From Bacillota bacterium (GTDB lineage Bacteria; Bacillota; Sulfobacillia; Fermentithermobacillales; Fermentithermobacillaceae), in the NCBI GenBank assembly GCA_040767525.1, contig JAXGOJ010000007.1, positions 825 through 64,824 of the forward strand: a stretch of 64,000 bases of DNA, in the 5' to 3' direction. The position numbers were made by a program, and so were the translations under genes. How positions within the stretch are numbered: position 1 is the first letter of the stretch; each line of letters opens with the position of its first letter. Positions 58,367 to 64,000 of this stretch are shown here, piece after piece. Under the pieces are notes generated by a model that worked only from the letters and a program-made list of their open reading frames with translations, did not search any database and was not told the DNA's origin.

Positions 58367-59261
58367 TCCTCACTTGAAAGCATGTCCTTGACTCCATCGC
58401 CAAGAAGGTTGAAGCCCAGGACAATAATCATGATGGCAATGGCAGGACAAATAGAAATCCACCACTGGGCAGGGATGTATTTGGCACCGTCTGCCACCAT
58501 AGTGCCCAAAGACGGAGTCGGCGGCTGCTCACCATTCCGACAAAGCCAGAGATGCACCGGTCAGGATAATCCAACCCATATCGAGGTCATTTTGGTAAAC
58601 ACTGCACCAAAGCAATTGGGTAAAATCTCGCAGAACAAAATATGAGCGCGGCTGCACCTATCAGCTCAGCCGATTTAACGTACATTTCATTGCGCAAGGA
58701 GGTACTCATGCCATAGACAAGACGGGTATACCATGTCCACCATGAAACACTTACAGCCAGAAGTGAGTTGAACAATGTAGGCCGCAAAATGGCACATACA
58801 CAAAGGGCCATTATAAGGGGAGGTATGGACAAAAACACATCTGTAACTCGCATTATCAATGTCGAAACCCAGGTGCCTCTTAGATAGCCGGCGGCCAAAC
58901 CCATAATAACCCCGAAAGGAACAACCAGGGCAAGGCAGCCAAGGCCCAACGTAAAAGCACCCCGGAAACCATACATTATCCGGCTCAGTATGTCCCGCCC
59001 CACACCATCAGTACCGCACAGGTATTCCTTACAAGGGGGCCGGTTTGCATTTGCAAAGTCCACGAATTCGCCTGCATGTTCCGGGTACGGTGCAATCCAG
59101 GGTTGGAAAACAGCGCATATTGCCACCAGGATTATGATGATAAGTCCCAGTACAGAGGTCTTATTTAGTGAAAACTTGTACCAGGCTCTCTTAACTTCTA
59201 TGAGCCTATCTCTTTTCACAACAGTTTTTCCGTCCATAGTCTTTTCCGGTTCCTTTCCCAT
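58363..59261 (-). CDS. Peptide ABC transporter permease (OppC/DppC-like), locus 2; about 4 frame breaks within 58560-58700
   Basis: ORF 58587-59261 (LCGTDGVGRDILSRIMYG) and ORF 58363-58557 (..GEQPPTPSLGTMVADG...FNLLGDGVKDML). Between them, ILFCEILPNCFGAVFT and LDMGWIILTGASL are readable in two other frames. Confidence 0.8.
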
Positions 59262-60281
59262 CTAGCTCTCCCCTCCCGACATGCGTACTCTTGGGTCAAG
59301 CCGCGCTACTACAAAGTCGATGATAATATTAACAATCATAAAGACACACCCAAGGACCATAGCGACTCCTGCAATAGCATTAAGGTCTTTATTCAATACG
59401 GCCTGCATACCGTAGCGGGCAAGGCCGGGGTAATTGTAGAGCTGCTCTACCAGGAAAGCACCGCCAAACATAGAAGCAATGTCCAGGGATGTTACAGAAA
59501 CAGTAGGAATCAAGGACGGCTTTAGCCAGTACTTAAAAAGCATTTTGCGTTCGGGTATTCCGTAGGCTCTCTGGGCCAAAATGTAGTCCTTCAAGCTGTT
59601 TTCAACCATAGTACCACGGGTTATACGAGCTGACTGGGCAATGCCGCCGAAGGTCAGACCTATGGCCGGGAGAATCAGATGCATAAGCGCATCTTTGAAA
59701 CCCTTGATATTACCTGCCAGCAAGTAATCAATGGTATACATACCGGTAATTGACTTAGGCGGAGCCATGGAAAGGCTGACACGCCCGGTCGATGGGAAAA
59801 TGGGAATAATATATGCAAACAGCAACATCAATATGATTGACCATACAAAAGCAGGCGCTACAACACCCAGGTATGAAAATACACGGATTATGCCATCCAA
59901 CCATGTACCGGTAAATTTCGCTGCCAATATCCCCAGCATCAATCCGCAAAATATCATCCAAACCGCAGCGATGATCACAACTTCCAAAGTGGCAGGCAAG
60001 TATTGCCTGATGTCCTGAATAACCGGCCTGCGTGACTGCAAAGAGTCACCCAAATCCAATTGAACCGCATCCTTGAGCCACAAGAAGTATTGAACCACAT
60101 ATGGCTTATCCAGATTCATTTTCTCCCTCAAGGCCTGAACAACAGATTCCGGTGCCCTGGGGCCCAATGCAATCCGGGCAGGATCCCCTGGAGCAACCCG
60201 GGAGATGGTAAAAATCAAAACAGATAATCCTAAGAGAACCAGCAAGTAAGTGCCGAGCCTCTTTAACCAAGTGACAAACAC
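59262..60281 (-). CDS. Peptide ABC transporter permease (OppB/DppB-like), locus 2
   Basis: FTISRVAPGDP N-terminal motif and DKPYVVQYFLWLK; 339 aa, polytopic. Confidence 0.9.
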   Translation of the reverse strand: MFVTWLKRLGTYLLVLLGLSVLIFTISRVAPGDPARIALGPRAPESVVQALREKMNLDKPYVVQYFLWLKDAVQLDLGDSLQSRRPVIQDIRQYLPATLEVVIIAAVWMIFCGLMLGILAAKFTGTWLDGIIRVFSYLGVVAPAFVWSIILMLLFAYIIPIFPSTGRVSLSMAPPKSITGMYTIDYLLAGNIKGFKDALMHLILPAIGLTFGGIAQSARITRGTMVENSLKDYILAQRAYGIPERKMLFKYWLKPSLIPTVSVTSLDIASMFGGAFLVEQLYNYPGLARYGMQAVLNKDLNAIAGVAMVLGCVFMIVNIIIDFVVARLDPRVRMSGGES

Positions 60282-60305
60282 AGGCTTGTCCCTCCTTCTA
60301 TGAAA

Positions 60306-60378
60306 GCAACGGGGCTGGCCATCCCTGGGCGATACCCGTTTCAGGCTTCGCCGTTCCTGCGCCGAGCAGCCCCGTTGC
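60306..60378 (-). other. Long-range 12-bp stem enclosing 49 nt between the binding-protein and permease genes (structured spacer or attenuator)
   Basis: GCAACGGGGCTG (60306-60317) pairs perfectly with CAGCCCCGTTGC (60367-60378). There is an inner GGCGA...TCGCC stem. The position is analogous to the hairpin at 17866-17892 in locus 1. Confidence 0.45.
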
Positions 60379-60408
60379 GTTAGTAACTACTATCCCGTAA
60401 CCTAAACC

Positions 60409-62070
60409 TTACTTCTTATCCACAAACACTTTGCAATTACGGAAATACAGGTCGAAGCCGCCGGGCACCAATGCAGGAATCCCTTCCTGGTAATAAGTGA
60501 GGATCGGCCATTCAACATAAGGTTGAACCGCCAGTCTGGCGTCGCTGCGGCACATCCAAATTGTGGGACACAAATCAAAGATGTATGCCTCTATCTCCTG
60601 GTACTTGCTCTCACGCTCATCGCTATCGACGGTACTGAGAGCCTCATCAATCATCTTGTCAAGTTCTTCATCCAACAGCCACTCCATCTGCTCCCATGAA
60701 CCTGTGGAGTCTGAGTGATAACGGGACCTAAACACGTCGCCTGCCTCCAGGAAGCTGGGGCTCCACAGAACTATCGAAGCATTAGGTGTGGTCTCTATGG
60801 TCTGGGCATTGGCAGTCATAACCGAGAAAGGAGTCTTGGTAATCTCAAGGGTTATGCCAAGTTCCTTAAGGCTGGCCTGGAACATAAGAGACATCTTCTC
60901 CTGCTCGGGAACCTCTGCACACCATGCCATAGAGACAAACCACTTGTCAGGATCGTCTGCATACTTGGACTTAGACAGCATTTCTCTGGCTTTTTCCAGG
61001 TCATAATTGTACCCTGGGAGATCGTGATTCTTCCCGAATAGTACGGAAGCAACGGGGCCGGTAGCCGGAACAGATCCAGGAAGAATGGTTTTGGTAAGGG
61101 TATCGTAGTCAAAAGCATAAGCAAGAGCTTTACGGAAATACACACAATCTGTAGGTGCCTGTTTGGTGTTGAGCGACATGTTCCAACCACCTGAGGCAGC
61201 CTTACGGGCAATGATACCACCCATATTTTCCAGCTCGGCATATGTTTCCTGGGGAAGACTGTCGCCGGAGATCTCCAGTTCTTTATTGGCAAAGGCAGTC
61301 CTCTGTGCCACTGGATCGTTCATATTACTAAGCATGAAGTACTTGGGGGCATTTTCTTCCCAGCCCAGGAAATAATCTTCAAATTGCTCGCCAATCAAGT
61401 ACTCTTCAAGTTTAAACTCTTTTGTCTTGTAAGGGCCTGAACCCGCGTCATGGGTCAGCATCCAGGTTTTGCCGTAATCGCCATATTCGCCGTAAGTGTC
61501 AACTGACTTATCAATGTGATCCATTACCAGAGCTTCTTCAACTACATAGAAACGGACAAGGGAACTTACAAAGGGGCCAAAGGTATAGTTGAGTTCCATG
61601 ATAACAGTCTCATCATCGGGAGCGTGACAGTCTTTTATGACACCATGATACAAATGTGAAAAACCCTCACCGATGGTCAGCAGGCGGTTCATGCTGAACG
61701 CAACGTCAGAAGCCTTGAGCAGATTCCCGCTATGAAACTTAATATCCTGCCTGATTTTGAAGGTATAAGTCAGACCATCGTCTGAGGCGGACCATTCAGT
61801 GGCTACGTGGGGTTTGACAGTTCCATCAATGTTGGGAAATACCAAAGGGTCATAGATATTGGCATGGGCTACCTGGCAAGTGTAGCTGCTGCCAACGCCG
61901 GGATCGTAATAGGTAGGCCAATCGCGCCCGAAACGAATAATGCTTTCCATGTCGTCCTTGGCAGTGGGCTCACCATCGTCTGGGGTTTTATCCCGGGTGC
62001 AGCCTACAAGGCTAATGATAAGGCAGACGGACAGCAACATCGTCAGAAGTCTTATCGTCTTTTTTGCCAT
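60409..62070 (-). CDS. Family-5 peptide ABC substrate-binding lipoprotein, locus 2
   Basis: Signal peptide and lipobox MAKKTIRLLTMLLSVCLIISLVGC. 553 aa, with SBP_bac_5-like KFHSGNLLKASDVAFS. Confidence 0.9.
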   Translation of the reverse strand: MAKKTIRLLTMLLSVCLIISLVGCTRDKTPDDGEPTAKDDMESIIRFGRDWPTYYDPGVGSSYTCQVAHANIYDPLVFPNIDGTVKPHVATEWSASDDGLTYTFKIRQDIKFHSGNLLKASDVAFSMNRLLTIGEGFSHLYHGVIKDCHAPDDETVIMELNYTFGPFVSSLVRFYVVEEALVMDHIDKSVDTYGEYGDYGKTWMLTHDAGSGPYKTKEFKLEEYLIGEQFEDYFLGWEENAPKYFMLSNMNDPVAQRTAFANKELEISGDSLPQETYAELENMGGIIARKAASGGWNMSLNTKQAPTDCVYFRKALAYAFDYDTLTKTILPGSVPATGPVASVLFGKNHDLPGYNYDLEKAREMLSKSKYADDPDKWFVSMAWCAEVPEQEKMSLMFQASLKELGITLEITKTPFSVMTANAQTIETTPNASIVLWSPSFLEAGDVFRSRYHSDSTGSWEQMEWLLDEELDKMIDEALSTVDSDERESKYQEIEAYIFDLCPTIWMCRSDARLAVQPYVEWPILTYYQEGIPALVPGGFDLYFRNCKVFVDKK

Positions 62071-62121
62071 GGGTTTTCTTCTCTCCTTTTCTTCTTGACT
62101 TGAATAAACGGACCAGGATTG

Positions 62122-62156
62122 CTTGGAATCAGGGTTCTATCTTGGAATCAAGGTTC
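62122..62156. promoter_or_regulatory. Two 16-nt direct repeats (period 19 nt), 52-86 nt upstream of the locus-2 binding-protein gene
   Basis: CTTGGAATCAGGGTTC (62122-62137) and CTTGGAATCAAGGTTC (62141-62156), 15/16 identical. Confidence 0.45.
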
Positions 62157-62524
62157 CAAAAGACTACTGTTTGGAGCAATCACCTCTTTCGCCGGCTTCT
62201 TCTGAAGTCTGATTCAAAATGAAACATCTATAATGCCTAAGGTACCATGAAAGTTGTTCTGGCACTGAAAGTATCCCGGCGTCACAGGAAGTCACCGGGA
62301 TACTCTTTGGCCATCCTGTAATAAGGTGTATATTCTTTCGACGCAAGTTTTAAATAGTCCTGCAAACCACTGCGAATTCTCAAAATTAACCCTAACAGAT
62401 TGGTCTTTTCTCCTGACAATCTGAAAGTCCGAGGCACGAATGTATTGCCTGTACATTCACCTGTACACATTCAGAAAAAGTTTTGAAGATCGTCCCCTGA
62501 ATAAGTGGCTGTCCCTTGCGGGTG

Positions 62525-62635
62525 CAGGTTCCGGCATACATGTGTTTGCGGCGGCACTGTTTGGGTTCATCTGTCGCTCTGGGATACAGGCTCCGGCATG
62601 TGTGTGTTTGCGGCGGCACTGTCTGGGTTCAACTG
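62525..62635. repeat. 49-nt direct repeat x 2 (period 62 nt)
   Basis: 62525-62573 CAGGTTCCGGCATACATGTGTTTGCGGCGGCACTGTTTGGGTTCATCTG against 62587-62635 CAGGCTCCGGCATGTGTGTGTTTGCGGCGGCACTGTCTGGGTTCAACTG, 43/49 identical. Confidence 0.8.
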
Positions 62636-62719
62636 ATGTGAGCAGTCATAGCAATTGTAGTAACAATAGTTATAGTAGAGATAATTTTTTAAGACCCTGC
62701 ATAGCAATTGTTTGAAAAT

Positions 62720-63589
62720 CTAATAAGTGCTTGTCAGCAATAACTCTATCTCTGAAATCAACCCGCCTTTGGCATCATAGAAACTGACTCTGGCAGGAAA
62801 GATGTCGCTAAAACTATACCAGTCATCTGTCATCTTCTGTAGAGTGACAAACGCATACAGCTCGGCCTCTGCCCGGTAATCGCTGCAAACAGGCCTGAGG
62901 GTAAAGAGGAAACAGTTTTCGTATTCACGTTCTGATTCCAAGACATAGTCTCCTTCATATTCCACACCGTTGACTTCAGAGTGGAGCGACAGTGATAAGA
63001 CCGCACGAGCCGCCTCCGGCACTTCATCAAACAGCACCACCAATACTTGATTAATGTCTGAAAACCAGGAGTCTGTAGGCGCGGCCAGAACAGTAGCGTC
63101 ACCTGTCTTTTTCTTGTAGTGAAGCCTCTTGATGTGATTTGATTCATAAACCGGGCATAGTATCACTGCATCCCCATCATGGGCAATTACCAGCTTGTCG
63201 TAAGATTCATCTCCGGCATCTAAAACAGCAATAATCCTGGACGGCCCGATGAAGTACCGTCTTTCCTCCCTCAAAAATGCTTGCTTTGCAGAAAACACAG
63301 GTGCCCCGGCGAAGACATATGTCAGCAGAAGTGCCAGGGCGGAAAAACACAGGTTGCGTACGATTTTCCATTTCCGGGGTAACTCCGGCAGTCTGGGCAA
63401 GCGATCCTTCCATTTCCGGGGCAACTCCAGCAGTCTAGCCAAGCGATCCTTCCATTTCCGGGGCAACTCCAGCAGTTTAAGCAAGCATTCCTTTAATTTT
63501 CGAGGCCGCTCCGGCAGTCCGGGTATGTATTCCATCCACTTTCGAAATGGCTTCGGCAGTTTGAACAAGTATTCTCTCCGCTGTCTCAT
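62720..63589 (-). CDS. Single-pass membrane protein with N-terminal 14-aa tandem repeats (LELPRKWKDRLxRL) and a C-terminal extracytoplasmic domain; function unknown
   Basis: Five 42-nt DNA repeats at about 63359-63568, with the middle copies nearly identical. TM segment LCFSALALLLTYVFAGAPVF. The start overlaps the upstream stop (ATGA at 63586-63589). Confidence 0.65.
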   Translation of the reverse strand: MRQRREYLFKLPKPFRKWMEYIPGLPERPRKLKECLLKLLELPRKWKDRLARLLELPRKWKDRLPRLPELPRKWKIVRNLCFSALALLLTYVFAGAPVFSAKQAFLREERRYFIGPSRIIAVLDAGDESYDKLVIAHDGDAVILCPVYESNHIKRLHYKKKTGDATVLAAPTDSWFSDINQVLVVLFDEVPEAARAVLSLSLHSEVNGVEYEGDYVLESEREYENCFLFTLRPVCSDYRAEAELYAFVTLQKMTDDWYSFSDIFPARVSFYDAKGGLISEIELLLTSTY

Positions 63590-64000
63590 TGGGCCTCACC
63601 CCCGGCCAGCGGGATGAGGAGAGAAAAACACCGGCCAGAGCGGTCATATTGGAGCTCGATCCACTCAGCACTTGGGTCTAAGCCTTCTACCCACATTTCA
63701 AATCGATAGAAAAATATTCCCCGGCCTGCAAGATTGCCTACGATGGCCCGCTCCCCCCGCTCCTGGCAGTTGGTATAAGCGTTTCCCATACTGTCCACAG
63801 CAGTAAGATAGAATATGCCATTGGGCGAGCCTGCCCAGGGCAATGGATTTGTTGCCTCTATTGTAAAAAACAGTCCATCGTTAAAATACTTTGTCCCGTC
63901 CTCGTCTACCCAGTCGTAATGCCATTTGGCTGCACGGGACACTTTGATTGTATAACCATCGGACTTGGCAATGCCATCAGGCTTCACAAGAAGGGTTCTC
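63586..64000 (-). CDS. Hypothetical beta-rich protein; N-terminus beyond the window edge
   Basis: ORF 63586-63987 stays open to position 64000. No motif recognised with confidence. Translationally coupled to the repeat protein downstream. Confidence 0.5.
   Translation of the reverse strand, partial: RTLLVKPDGIAKSDGYTIKVSRAAKWHYDWVDEDGTKYFNDGLFFTIEATNPLPWAGSPNGIFYLTAVDSMGNAYTNCQERGERAIVGNLAGRGIFFYRFEMWVEGLDPSAEWIELQYDRSGRCFSLLIPLAGGEAQ

Noticed and set aside
1-64000. Mobile elements, prophage, tRNA/rRNA genes and known riboswitches (the dapB and ABC leaders were checked for L-box/T-box-like features)
   Set aside because: I recognised no transposase, integrase, terminal inverted repeats, cloverleaf-forming sequence or conserved riboswitch core. 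A computational scan (tRNAscan, Infernal/Rfam, ISfinder) would be needed to exclude them formally.

Overview
This is a 64-kb chromosomal segment of roughly 50% GC by eye. I saw no rRNA, tRNA, CRISPR array, transposase or integrase. The gene content suggests an anaerobic, spore-forming Firmicutes-type genome: dapB sits next to a GerM-like lipoprotein, there is a yhaO/yhaN-type sbcCD paralog pair, and many Fe-S proteins are present. This attribution is inference only.

About 50 protein genes are present:
- a NUDIX hydrolase (partial at the left edge), tldD-pmbA and dapB
- an uncharacterised four-gene module: a NifX-like protein, DUF5320, and two MinD-like P-loop ATPases with inserted 2x[4Fe-4S] cassettes
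- two complete Opp/Dpp-type peptide ABC operons, each flanked by hydrolases. Locus 1 (10826-21357) has a D-aminoacylase, an M14 carboxypeptidase-like gene and an S9 peptidase. Locus 2 (50371-62070) has DUF917 x2, M20 x2 and a C-N hydrolase.
- a second D-aminoacylase, alanine racemase, a COG3457-type amino-acid racemase, a Ddl-like ATP-grasp ligase and an Amidohydro_3 enzyme
- a GntR-DUF1446-DUF4387-anion permease operon
- an orphan HerA/FtsK-like ATPase of about 870 aa
- a yhaO/yhaN nuclease-ATPase pair whose stop overlaps the start of a PflX-type radical SAM gene
- mscL, an OYE flavin reductase, yaiI and a large polytopic membrane protein

The dominant theme is salvage of peptides and N-acyl or D-amino acids.

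Non-coding features worth attention:
- a 29-nt palindromic element present twice (625-653 and 9349-9377)
- three copies of a CCGTCGGTATA-centred palindrome in a 630-bp gene-free gap (27963-28299)
- a 15-nt x 7.5 tandem repeat abutting the mscL promoter
- a 31-nt (93-nt higher-order) tandem repeat after yaiI
- direct repeats upstream of the second ABC operon

Caveat: at least 14 genes are split across reading frames. Wherever I could reconstruct a junction, the break lies in a short homopolymer run. I therefore treat most 'pseudogenes' as probable consensus errors. All family names come from motif recognition by eye and need confirmation by HMM search.
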